Source of the DNA: Bacillota bacterium
GTDB taxonomy: Bacteria > Bacillota > Bacilli > Bacillales_A > Planococcaceae
Assembly (NCBI GenBank): GCA_018816185.1
Contig: JAHIWI010000115.1
Location: forward strand, 6,454 to 70,453
Direction: 5' to 3'
DNA length: 64,000 nt
Below are positions 50,812 through 60,716 of this stretch, in pieces. Made by a program: the position numbers and the translations under genes. Position 1 is the stretch's first letter. Each line of letters opens with the position of its first letter. The notes below the pieces were generated by a model. The model did not search any database. It had not been told where the DNA came from and saw only the letters and a program-made list of their open reading frames with translations.

Positions 50812-52173
50812 CTAGATTGTGATGCTAAATTTACTACCTTTTCCAAGTGTACTCTGTACCTCGATCGTCCCATCATGAGCTTCCACTAATTCTTTCACAA
50901 TAGAAAGGCCTAATCCAGAGCCTCCATAATCACGGGAACGAGATTTTTCAACTCTAAATAATTTATCAAAGATGTAGGCAAAATCATTTTCATGTATACC
51001 AATACCTTGATCGATAACGGAAATCACAGTCTTATAATTTTTTTGTGCTATAGCTAAAGTAGTTGTTGTTCCTTCAGAAGAATATTTAAGAGCGTTATCT
51101 AATAAGTTCAACACGATTTGCTCCAACCGCAATGGATCGGCTAGTATCTCAAAGTCTTCTTTACAGTCCATTTCTAATTCGATTCCTTTCATGTTAAACG
51201 ACGGTAACACCTTTTCATATAAGTGAAAAAAGAAAGGCAATACTTGAATGGATTGTTTAGAAACACTGAAATTATTATCATCCATTTTAGCCATATCAAA
51301 AAGATTCTTCACCAATTTCGTCATTCGTAATGACTCTTCATCTATAATCGAGAGATATTTTTTACGTTCCTCATCATTTAATTCTGAACGCATAGCTACC
51401 TTTGAGTATCCCGATAGATAAGTAAGTGGGGTGTGGAGTTCATGAGAAATGGATGCTAAAAATTCCATACGGTCTTTTTTCACTCGTTCTAAATCTGAAG
51501 CTAATTTTTGAATAGCATTTGATAAATCACCTAACTCATCATTCCCTTGCTTTGGGAGAGTGACATTAAATTCACCTACACTTAATTTTTCTGTAGCTTC
51601 CTTCATCCGAATTAGAGGACGAGTCAAGTACTTAGAAAGTATTAAATACACAATACATAATGAAATCATGCTGGCTAATCCAGCTAAAATAAAATGGAAA
51701 TTAAGTTTATTAACAAGTAATTGAAGATCTTTGGTGCTTTGAAAAAGTATGACATAGCCCGTTTGTTTCCCATTTACAGTGTACGGATGCAAACTTATGA
51801 TATACTTCTCTTCTTTCCAGTTTTTTTGAATGATCTGATCTTCGTTGAATTTTCTGTTTGAAAAATGACTTATCAGTTCTACTAAAGTTGTCCGATCTTC
51901 TTCTGAACTAGTTAACAAGTTAAAATCTTCGTCAGTTATTGCCACTTGTTTAGCACCGTTATATTCCATCAACGAAATATGGCGCATGGTGTTTTCGGAA
52001 TAACTATCTTCTAGTGCATCCCGGTGATTGGAACCTCTAGAAACCAAATGTGAAAATTCCTCATTCACTCTCGAGTGTACAATCGTTTGATGGAGATATA
52101 GCATGAGTAACGATTCCATAATAAGAACTGTGACGAAAAAGTAGGTAGCCAATTTTATAGAGATTATATTCAT
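50812..52173 (-). CDS. HAMP-containing sensor histidine kinase
   Basis: 2 TM, HAMP (DELGDL), SISHELHTPL, NLLDNALKYS, GSGLGL. Confidence 0.93.
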   Translation of the reverse strand: MNIISIKLATYFFVTVLIMESLLMLYLHQTIVHSRVNEEFSHLVSRGSNHRDALEDSYSENTMRHISLMEYNGAKQVAITDEDFNLLTSSEEDRTTLVELISHFSNRKFNEDQIIQKNWKEEKYIISLHPYTVNGKQTGYVILFQSTKDLQLLVNKLNFHFILAGLASMISLCIVYLILSKYLTRPLIRMKEATEKLSVGEFNVTLPKQGNDELGDLSNAIQKLASDLERVKKDRMEFLASISHELHTPLTYLSGYSKVAMRSELNDEERKKYLSIIDEESLRMTKLVKNLFDMAKMDDNNFSVSKQSIQVLPFFFHLYEKVLPSFNMKGIELEMDCKEDFEILADPLRLEQIVLNLLDNALKYSSEGTTTTLAIAQKNYKTVISVIDQGIGIHENDFAYIFDKLFRVEKSRSRDYGGSGLGLSIVKELVEAHDGTIEVQSTLGKGSKFSITI

Positions 52174-52197
52174 ACAACACTCACTTCCCTTAGACTT

Positions 52198-52236
52198 AGA
52201 ATAATTGAAACATATGAAGAATCTATGCAGATACAA
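52198..52236 (-). promoter_or_regulatory. putative OmpR-type direct-repeat box, copy 1
   Basis: TATGAAGAATCTATGCAGATACAA at 52213, 9 nt from a -10-like hexamer. Confidence 0.6.
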
Positions 52237-52379
52237 AATCACCAATTATATTGCGAGAAAGTTATTCCATACACCCTATAATATCATCGATTTTTTTGTT
52301 TCTTGAAAAATAAAAAGAGCTTGTTCCTTTTAGGAATAAGCTCTTATAGTAGATGAATAAACATTTAATTTGTACAAAT

Positions 52380-52952
52380 TTATTTTACAGAAAGTTCACT
52401 TTCAGTTACCCATTTATGATTTGTTACCTTTTCTCCTCCAGTAGTTGAAGTGTAATCAATCATATATACAGTAGTTTGTTCATATGAATCAATTTCAGCA
52501 GTAACACCATCCATGCCTTCCATATGATTAGCATTAAGGTCGACTTTTGTTCCTGGCTCTAAAGGTATTTCGCCAGCATCTTTAATTTCTTGATGAATCA
52601 CCCATTTATGATCAGCCACTTTTTCTCCACCTGTTGTAGGAGTATAAGAGACAGTATAAACAATGGTATCAAAAGCACCTACAATAGTCGCTTCAGCACC
52701 TTCCATACCTTCCATGTGATTTGCCTCGATAATCGCTTGGCTTCCGACTTCAAAAGTTGGATTATCAGACGCTTTTAAGCCTTCAGGAATTTCACCTGAC
52801 CCTGAATGATCCATATTCATGCTTTCGTTCGAGTTGGAATTTGACTCCATGTTCATGTCTTCATGATTTACTTCCTCATTTTCCTCACCACATGCCGCTA
52901 AAGTAAATGACATTAACAATATAATTATTGAAACTGATAATTTTTTAGACAT
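52380..52952 (-). CDS. ydhK: YdhK/DUF1541 lipoprotein (copper-associated)
   Basis: Lipobox LAAC, Met/His-rich linker, duplicated ANHMEGM.G...YT.TTGGEKV..HKWV. Confidence 0.88.
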   Translation of the reverse strand: MSKKLSVSIIILLMSFTLAACGEENEEVNHEDMNMESNSNSNESMNMDHSGSGEIPEGLKASDNPTFEVGSQAIIEANHMEGMEGAEATIVGAFDTIVYTVSYTPTTGGEKVADHKWVIHQEIKDAGEIPLEPGTKVDLNANHMEGMDGVTAEIDSYEQTTVYMIDYTSTTGGEKVTNHKWVTESELSVK

Positions 52953-52984
52953 CTTGTTTCCTCCTAAATCTTCGAATTATCCTT

Positions 52985-53023
52985 ACTATATCCGAAAATT
53001 ATGAAGAAAGTATGCAGACACAA
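52985..53023 (-). promoter_or_regulatory. putative OmpR-type direct-repeat box, copy 2
   Basis: TATGAAGAAAGTATGCAGACACAA at 53000 (21/24 identical to copy 1), 9 nt from the -10 TATAGT. Confidence 0.6.
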
Positions 53024-53055
53024 TATTAACAAACATTTAGTAAGGAAGATCAAAC

Positions 53056-53955
53056 TCAGTGAACGACCAATTGTCCAATCATTCCACTTTCTTTATGACC
53101 AGGAATTGTACAATAAAATTCATATGTACCACTTTCATTGATAACAAACGTCGTTTCACTTGTTTTTTGAGGTCCAACATGTAAATGAAACAAGTTCTCT
53201 ATGCGCTTATGATGGTGCGTATCTTCAGTAATCGTAGTAAAAGACAAGTTTCTAATTTCTATATCATGTTCTATCTGATCCACATTAATTAATTGAAATG
53301 TAACAGGCTTGTTCTTTTCAACATTTATTTCATTCGGCGAGTAATTCATTTCAGAGGTTTCAATCACGATTTTTTGTGTTTCCTTATTAAAAACTTGATT
53401 TCCAGAATTAGAAGATGAGAATTTTGATCCTTCTTTTTCTATGTTTAAAAAATCCCCTAAAAATAAAACACACCCAATAAAAAGCGTAACTGAAATTGGT
53501 TTAATGAATGCGCTTATTTTATTAATCCTTTCTTTGAGAGATGTAGAAAGGATGATCAATAAATAAATTGTGCAGCAAGACATGAGTAAGAATATTTTAA
53601 TAAACATGTTCGCTTCTTCAAACGTAATCATTTCACCTAGCATCGCGCCCATCATGCCACCCATTAATCCTGCCAATGTTCCTTCAATAGATGATATAAA
53701 ATTAAAACTTCCCCCACACAAAGACCCAGCTAATATACCGGAACTCATTCCTAAAATCGTAGAAATAAATAAATTTCCTTGGTATATAGTTCCAAACATA
53801 ATACCAGCAGTCAAACCCACAGACATACCAAAAAACATGGAAACTATCATTCCACTCATCAGTGTAAAATGTTTCTTTCGTCTTAGAGCTAAAAACATCG
53901 TGATTAGTGTTATACCAACTATTACAATCAAAACATATAAATGAAAATCACTCAT
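53056..53955 (-). CDS. membrane protein with Met/Gly-rich TM domain fused to a C-terminal cupredoxin
   Basis: GLMGGMMGAMLGEM in TM region; EHD...HHH...YEFYCTIPGHKESGM type-1 Cu ligands. Confidence 0.82.
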   Translation of the reverse strand: MSDFHLYVLIVIVGITLITMFLALRRKKHFTLMSGMIVSMFFGMSVGLTAGIMFGTIYQGNLFISTILGMSSGILAGSLCGGSFNFISSIEGTLAGLMGGMMGAMLGEMITFEEANMFIKIFLLMSCCTIYLLIILSTSLKERINKISAFIKPISVTLFIGCVLFLGDFLNIEKEGSKFSSSNSGNQVFNKETQKIVIETSEMNYSPNEINVEKNKPVTFQLINVDQIEHDIEIRNLSFTTITEDTHHHKRIENLFHLHVGPQKTSETTFVINESGTYEFYCTIPGHKESGMIGQLVVH

Positions 53956-54024
53956 TAGCATTACCACCTTAAGGTACATGCTATGCTTAATCAATGAATT
54001 TAATGCTAGATTATTTTCATCATT

Positions 54025-55089
54025 TTATTTTTCACTGTGCCAATAATAATTACTAATTACATCGGCAAAAATTTCAGTAGTCCTATGAAGTTCTTCTACA
54101 GTATTATCAACACCACCAATTTCAACGATCACAGAGTTAGGCGAAATATCTTGGTTATAGACTCCATCTCCACTACTACCATCTTTTTGAATTACGCCTT
54201 TTGACAAACCTGGATATTGAGCTGCAAGCATTTGATCTAATGTTTCAGCAAAATTAAGGTTATTTTCAAAATTCTCATAGCCTGTTCCAACCACAAATAA
54301 CAGCCGAGCATGGTTTTCTCCATTTAATTGAATAGTAGTAGAATCTTTATTCAAAGAATCGCGATGTACGTCTAAAAACAACTCTAAATCTTTGTTCTCT
54401 TTGATGGAACTCAAAACTAATTCTCTCGAAATTGCATAAGAACTCCTGTAGTCCAATTCTCGAAATGCCAGTATTTTTACAATGTCACTAGAATCCACTT
54501 CCGTTCCAATCCCTCTTCTTTCAAGCTCTCTTCCAAGCATTTCACCAACTAATGTAATATTAGCTGTCTCATGATAAGCTTCTTCCGCTTTAATTGTGTC
54601 TCTTAAATAAGGTAAGAATGATTCTCTACTATGAGTGTGATAAATATACACAACTTCTTTTCCAAAGGTTGAATGTGAATTTTTAATTTTCTTTGGGGAT
54701 TCTACATTTTTAAAGATTGAATCAATATTCTCTATGGACAGATCCCTATCTTTAAAAAGATTCTTCATAGTTGGTTGAAATTCGTCTCTTTCTAGAACAT
54801 TCGTGTGAATTTTCGACTCTTTTTCCACATTACTTATAGAATCATCTTTATTATTTTGAGAATTAGTAAAATCAAATAACTTTTTTAAGGTCTCCGATTT
54901 CAAACTTGTTAAAGAATTTGAATTCTCTTCAAATCTATTTCCATTTGTTTTTTTGGTATCATAAATAAACGAAAAGAAAACAACGATTATAAGCCAAATC
55001 AGAAAGAGGAAAATAGCCACAAAAAGCAAAATTAATAACGGTTTAGTATTCTCTTTATCTTCTGCATTTTTCTTATTTCTCGTAAACAT
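54025..55089 (-). CDS. SpoIIP-family peptidoglycan amidase (paralog)
   Basis: YIYHTHSRESF, LDVHRDS, YNQDISPNSVIVEIGG; single N-terminal TM. Confidence 0.85.
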   Translation of the reverse strand: MFTRNKKNAEDKENTKPLLILLFVAIFLFLIWLIIVVFFSFIYDTKKTNGNRFEENSNSLTSLKSETLKKLFDFTNSQNNKDDSISNVEKESKIHTNVLERDEFQPTMKNLFKDRDLSIENIDSIFKNVESPKKIKNSHSTFGKEVVYIYHTHSRESFLPYLRDTIKAEEAYHETANITLVGEMLGRELERRGIGTEVDSSDIVKILAFRELDYRSSYAISRELVLSSIKENKDLELFLDVHRDSLNKDSTTIQLNGENHARLLFVVGTGYENFENNLNFAETLDQMLAAQYPGLSKGVIQKDGSSGDGVYNQDISPNSVIVEIGGVDNTVEELHRTTEIFADVISNYYWHSEK

Positions 55090-55601
55090 TTGTTTTTTAG
55101 TCCCACCTATTCCAGAATAAAAGATATCTAATCATATCATTTTTTTAAGAATCTGGAAGTTTTAGATTGAGTTGAACACTCATCTGTATTATCAAATTTC
55201 ATGTGCAATATGTATACGAAGACCCCAATTAATGTGATTCTCCTTACAAATCGCAATCGTTTTTGATATTTCACTTGAACTGGTACTTAGACAAACAACA
55301 ATAGAAGATACTCCTTTGATCAAAACAAGGATGCCTCACCACTCTATTCAACCTTAACAAGCCAGCATGAAAATTGTTCAGACAATCGTTTACAAGAGCT
55401 TGAAGATCGTATAATTAAGGAACATCTTAAGGAGTTAAATGAAATAAAAAGCTAATAGAGGAACTAGATGATGAATTGGATTAGATGATTTATTTGGTTA
55501 CCTCTTCTTTTACAAACGCTAAAAAGGTTCGAAGTTTTCTTAGTTACTTCGAACCTTTTTGTTGAATTTATACATATTTTGACCTTTATTATGCTCACAT
55601 A

Positions 55602-55946
55602 TTAAGAGGCCATTTGACGGCACATATCAGCACATGCACGGCAAATCTTTGCACATTCTTGGCAATGATCGTCTTTAAATTTTTCACAATGTGTAGCACA
55701 AGCTTCACAAATTGAAGCACAAAGTGAGCAAAGTGCTTTAGAGTTTGTACTGTTTCTAGCCATAAACCCAGCGGCTTCGAAGCAAATATCTATACAATCA
55801 CGTAAGGTTTGCAAACATTCAACTCTTGCTTGAACGTCTGGTTCTTTTAAGCATGCAGTATGACATTCTTCACAAGCACGAGCACAACGCAAACATTCCT
55901 CTATGCATTTATCCATTTCGGTTGGAGAAGTTGAAAGAACTCCCAT
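55602..55946 (-). CDS. four-helix-bundle copper storage protein (Csp3/YhjQ, DUF326)
   Basis: Repeated CxxC/CxxxC, LRDCIDIC, HCQECAKICRACADMC. Confidence 0.88.
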   Translation of the reverse strand: MGVLSTSPTEMDKCIEECLRCARACEECHTACLKEPDVQARVECLQTLRDCIDICFEAAGFMARNSTNSKALCSLCASICEACATHCEKFKDDHCQECAKICRACADMCRQMAS

Positions 55947-55984
55947 ATTAATTCACCTCCTATATGAATTTCTTGCACCAGTAG

Positions 55985-56014
55985 TAATGTTTCCAACAAA
56001 CTCAGTATATATAC
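55985..56014 (-). promoter_or_regulatory. sigmaF/sigmaG-type promoter of the copper storage gene
   Basis: GTATA-15 bp-GGAAACATTA matches GYWTA-N15-GGnrAnAnTw. Confidence 0.55.
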
Positions 56015-56158
56015 AATATAAAATCTCTCTTCATGTAACTGATTTGATTTTCACAAATTAAACAATCTAGAAAGCAAAGAGTTATATATTTCCGAGAATT
56101 TCAATTTCCTACTCGTTGAACCAGAACATACAACAAAATAGTAAGGAGCGTGTGTAAA

Positions 56159-56595
56159 ATGTCGCGTTTTTTAATGAGTTTCACATTATTTATTCTCCTC
56201 ATTTCAGGCTGTCAATCAAATAATATGGATGAAGATGTAAATGAACAGAATGACAAAAAAAGTATTGTAGAGGAAGTGGTAAGCAAGCATGGTCATATTC
56301 AAAATCTCGACGCTTTAAATGCATTTGTAGAAAATGTTAAAAATCAAATTAAATCTAAAATAAATTCTGTTCGGTATGGAATAGAGGGTCAACGTGGAGT
56401 AATGACACTAACATTTAACGGTAAAGATATTCATGTTTTTCATGAGTGGATGGAAATTTTATAGAAGAGTATAAGTGTAAGGATGTAATAACAGAAACAA
56501 ACGATGATGTTAAAAAGTATATACTTATTCAATGTTCAGGTGATTTCGAAGGGGATTTTGAGTTATTAGAAATTTCGACTAAGCAGTTCTATTAA
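56159..56595 (+). pseudogene. frameshifted DUF4362-like lipoprotein
   Basis: Lipobox ISGC, HGHIQNLD, YGIEG; after about 56445 the protein continues in another frame VDGNFIEEYKCKDV...YILIQCSG...FY*. Confidence 0.65.
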
Positions 56596-56796
56596 CGAAG
56601 TAATTAGTTCATAATCATGAACTTTTCAAAAAGTGAGTTGAGATTGGCCATTGGAAAAATCATATTGGTCAAAATGTTTTTTAAAAAACTCTCTTATTTT
56701 GATAAAACACAATTCAAAACAAGAGAGTTTTATATTTTAATAATTTTGGATTCTCGCTAGATTCTTATCTACTAAAGAAAAGTAATAATTAATTCT

Positions 56797-57627
56797 TTAT
56801 TTAGCAACGCCCTCAAATTCTTCTATAACCTTGTTAAATTTGGTTTGGGTTTCAGAGACTGTTATTTGTAAATCCTCTGTAATTTTACTAACCTTTTCTA
56901 CTTCCATTGTAATATTCTCTACATTTGTATTCACATTTTTAATGGCATCATCAACATTACCAGCCAATTTCCGGACTTCATCAGCTACAACTTTAAAACC
57001 TCGTCCTTCTTTTCCAACTCGCGCTGCTTCGATCGCAGCATTTAACGCCAACACATTTGTTTGTGTAGAGATATTGCGTATGGTTTTAGTTATTTCAATT
57101 ATTAAATCAGTTTGTTTTTTTAGTGATTCAACTGCTTGAATTTTTTCTTTAGAATTTTCAACAATCAGACTTACTAATTCTTCTGGCATCTCCTTTAATT
57201 GAGAGATAATTTTTGCCGTGTTATTTTCTCGTTCTGTAATATTGGTTGCTATTTTAAGAACAGCATTAACTATTCCCTCTTCATTTAAAATTGGAATATA
57301 AGTGGCTTCTAACCAAAGTAAATTGCCCGTTTTATCAATCCTTTGAATCTTTTCTTGAAACTTATTCCCTTTTTCAAGATTCCCCCACAATTCTTCATAT
57401 TTTCTACTGTTACTGAATTCAGCAGTACAAAATTGTTTATGCTGCATATTCTTCATTTCATCAACTGTATAGCCCATACTCTCTGCGAAATTTTCATTTA
57501 CCCAGATAACTTCTCTATGTATATTAAATTCTATCATGGCTAAATTTGATTCAAGTGCTGCTAATACAGATGTTTGATCTAAAATTTGTGTGCTCCTATT
57601 AATACTAGAAATAATACTCATAACCAT
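56797..57627 (-). CDS. soluble PAS-domain chemoreceptor (BdlA-like MCP)
   Basis: PAS (AMIEF...VNENF...WLEATYIP) plus [32 protein letters not shown]; no TM. Confidence 0.88.
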   Translation of the reverse strand: MVMSIISSINRSTQILDQTSVLAALESNLAMIEFNIHREVIWVNENFAESMGYTVDEMKNMQHKQFCTAEFSNSRKYEELWGNLEKGNKFQEKIQRIDKTGNLLWLEATYIPILNEEGIVNAVLKIATNITERENNTAKIISQLKEMPEELVSLIVENSKEKIQAVESLKKQTDLIIEITKTIRNISTQTNVLALNAAIEAARVGKEGRGFKVVADEVRKLAGNVDDAIKNVNTNVENITMEVEKVSKITEDLQITVSETQTKFNKVIEEFEGVAK

Positions 57628-58069
57628 AAACTCCCTTTATTAAAAATGTTATTAATTATATTGTAACAGTTACTTTGACCTATATTAAAAGTATTCAGAT
57701 ATATATTTTAGTACATTAAGGCTAATCATTAAATAATAGGAAATATCTTTTGAGAGTGTAAGATAATTAATATAAATATAAATAGAAAAAGAAAAATCCA
57801 CTCTTAATAGAGTTAAGTAAACATAACCAATTCGCAGAAATTAATTCCCTATGAACTCGCTTACAACATATATTATGCAATAGTCTGGGATGATAATCCA
57901 ATCGCAGTATGCTTTCATTTTGAATGGTTTAATAAAATATTTAGGCGAAAAAAAGACGCCTAGAAAAATCTGAGCGTCTTTATTATCCGTTAAATTTTCA
58001 ATATACAGTTAAAGCCTATGCCATTTAGATTGTACAACCACATTTACGTTGAATGATTAATATCATCGC

Positions 58070-58708
58070 CTATAAATCAATCTTAATTTTTTGAGAATCG
58101 CTCAATATATTTTCATCCTTATCATAAACATCACTAGTTGTAATCTCAATCCATTTAAGGTCTTTGGAAGATTCTATAATAAAGCCTATGTTGCCCTTTT
58201 TAGTTATGTTACCGTCTATTACACCGTTTAAATCTTCAAGATAAATATCTTTTTCCCAATCCATTTTCTCACCTGTGCTTGTTTCGATCATTGCTATTGG
58301 AGCAAAATTCACTTTTTCTTCGGACATATTTTCAATTTCAATAAATACCTTAACAAAATTAAATTCTTCTTCATGTGTCAACACATGAAAGTAATCAACA
58401 AGGCTGTAATCTGGCCTCAAGTGAATAACCTTCATATCTTTCACACGAAGTTCAATCGGGCCAACAGGATAAGTCTCATTCACAAGATTAATCGCCTTTA
58501 AAGTAGCTTCCCCTTTTTCATCTGAAACTTCTTGGTCAACTTCCAGTAATGAACGATCATCTGTTACTTGTGGATTTGAAGAGTAATTACTTAAATAATC
58601 GTTTTCTCTCTGATTTTCATTTTCAGGAGCAGAACTGCTTTGTACGTTGCTTGAACAACCATATAGTAAAAGGGATACAAGTGTAATAAGGATCAAAATA
58701 TTTTTCAA
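58070..58708 (-). CDS. lipoprotein, DUF4352-like Ig fold
   Basis: GGAGG before TTG 58708; lipobox LYGC; beta-rich. Confidence 0.7.
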   Translation of the reverse strand: MKNILILITLVSLLLYGCSSNVQSSSAPENENQRENDYLSNYSSNPQVTDDRSLLEVDQEVSDEKGEATLKAINLVNETYPVGPIELRVKDMKVIHLRPDYSLVDYFHVLTHEEEFNFVKVFIEIENMSEEKVNFAPIAMIETSTGEKMDWEKDIYLEDLNGVIDGNITKKGNIGFIIESSKDLKWIEITTSDVYDKDENILSDSQKIKIDL

Positions 58709-58817
58709 GTAAAACCCTCCAATATTCAAATTTAACAATCAAAAAGTAGGGGCTGACTTCATACCTATATGTCAGCCCCACAAACTTTCTTTCTCCGGTT
58801 TATTCTAAAACCAACCC

Positions 58818-60212
58818 TTATTTATCATTAATAACAGTTTTATTTTCCTTTTTCCCTTTTTCTAAGATATCAAAAATGTTTTTTGCAATGTCAATATTGT
58901 CTATTTGACCTGCAAATTGTTGTGCGGATGGCCCAAAAGCATAAACAGGAACATCTTCACCTGTATGGCCTCCAGTAGTCCACCCAGTGCTAGAACGGTT
59001 GTCGAAAATCTTTTCAATTGCATTATCAATATCGATTACTTTTTTAGAAGTCGAAGCATCTTTAACAGATTTAATTTCCTCATTAGTTAAATCAAGTTCA
59101 ATATATGATTTTAACGTTTCTTCAATATCAGCTCCATTAGCAATTTCTTCTGCCATGAAATCTGGTGTTCTTTTTGCTGCTTTTATTGGAGCACCGTCCC
59201 AGTTATATATACCATTTGCACCAATAGAATAACCGCCTGTAGAGTGGTCAGCAGTTGCGATGACTAGTGTATGCTTGTCCTGTTTTGCAAAATCAATAGC
59301 TGCTTTAAATGCTTTTTCAAAGTCTTCCATTTCACTCATCGCAGAAACGATGTCATTGTCATGACCAGCCCAATCAATTTGACTTCCTTCTACCATTAAA
59401 AAGAATCCATCTTCATCTTTATTTAAACGATCTATTGCTGAATTTGTCATTTCTTCTAATGATGGGATGTCCTCTGTACGGTCGATCATCTTAGGCATTC
59501 CGCGTTTAGCGAACAACCCAAGAACCTGGTCGTTCTCATCATTTAAAAGTTCCTCTTTGTTTGTTACATAACTAAAACCGTCTTGTTGGAAGTCTGCAAC
59601 AAGATCACGATCGTTACGAACAAATAAATCTGTTCCTCCACCAAGAAGAACATCCACTTTATGTTCACCATTTACTAGGTCATCATAATAGTCATTTGCA
59701 ATAGCATTCATATTTTTACGACTTTCATCATGTGCGCCAAATGAGGCAGGCGTAGCATGTGTAATTTCAGAGGTTGCAACAAGTCCAGTTGCTTTCCCGC
59801 GTTCTTTAGCAGATTCCAAGACAGTTTTCACTTCTGATCCATCATTATCAACCCCGATAGCATTATTGTACGTTTTAATACCAGCAGACATGGCGGTCGC
59901 AGCGGAAGCTGAGTCAGTTATATTTTGATCTGCATCTTCTGGATAGGTCATTTGTTGACCTACAAGATATTTATCAAGCTCTGTTCGATTCGCGAATTTG
60001 GAGTCCGGGCTATCTTGTAAATAACGATATGCAGTTGTATAGGATACGCCCATGCCATCTCCAATAAGGACGATTACATTTTTTATTTCTGAACTGTTTG
60101 ACTTTACTTCTTTTGCTTCAGCGGTAGAAAAAGTTCCTCCTAAACTACCAAGTGCAACTGAAGTCATAACTGCTAAAGGTAAAAGTTTTTTTGTCATTTT
60201 TTTATTAGTCAT
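58818..60212 (-). CDS. phoA: alkaline phosphatase (PhoA/PhoB type)
   Basis: IGDGMG, TDSASAATA (catalytic Ser), THATPA, VEGSQIDWAGH, TADH, GHTGEDV; signal peptide. Confidence 0.95.
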   Translation of the reverse strand: MTNKKMTKKLLPLAVMTSVALGSLGGTFSTAEAKEVKSNSSEIKNVIVLIGDGMGVSYTTAYRYLQDSPDSKFANRTELDKYLVGQQMTYPEDADQNITDSASAATAMSAGIKTYNNAIGVDNDGSEVKTVLESAKERGKATGLVATSEITHATPASFGAHDESRKNMNAIANDYYDDLVNGEHKVDVLLGGGTDLFVRNDRDLVADFQQDGFSYVTNKEELLNDENDQVLGLFAKRGMPKMIDRTEDIPSLEEMTNSAIDRLNKDEDGFFLMVEGSQIDWAGHDNDIVSAMSEMEDFEKAFKAAIDFAKQDKHTLVIATADHSTGGYSIGANGIYNWDGAPIKAAKRTPDFMAEEIANGADIEETLKSYIELDLTNEEIKSVKDASTSKKVIDIDNAIEKIFDNRSSTGWTTGGHTGEDVPVYAFGPSAQQFAGQIDNIDIAKNIFDILEKGKKENKTVINDK

Positions 60213-60269
60213 TATGTTTTCCTCCTCCTCTTATCTTGAATTTATTATATTTCTTTAGTTTTAATATGA

Positions 60270-60307
60270 TATTAAGTGGATGTAACGATATTGTAAGTTG
60301 AGTGAGA
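60270..60307 (-). promoter_or_regulatory. Pho box of alkaline phosphatase
   Basis: Minus-strand half-sites TCTCA, TTACA, TTACA, TAATA at 11-bp spacing. Confidence 0.7.
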
Positions 60308-60716
60308 AGAGGTAGAAAGAATCAGAGAATGGGTTTTTTGTGAGGAATTCAAATCAATGTAATTACTAAAAAGGGGTTCCCGTATTATAAAACGATTATT
60401 TATTGTATAAATAGACCTGTAATTAATATTGTCATAGTAAAATACTAATAGAATGATCACTGAAGGAATTTACAGGAGGTTTACAGTTCTGAATTATAGT
60501 TAACAAAATAGGCGAATTACTGTTAAATTTTTTAGTGCAACTTGAATGATAATTTTAAAATTAATAGCTAGAAACAGTTTTAACGCCTCAAGAGTTGGCG
60601 AATACAGTTGATTTCCTCCAGAAACAAGAAATGACAGAGGCTATATTACGCCTCTGCCATACTCTCAGTAATAAAGAATAAAAAAGGTACTACTATATTT
60701 CAAGACAACCAATTAT

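Noticed and set aside
60272-60460. 62-aa ORF upstream of phoA
   Set aside because: Overlaps the Pho box and promoter; low-complexity AT-rich translation
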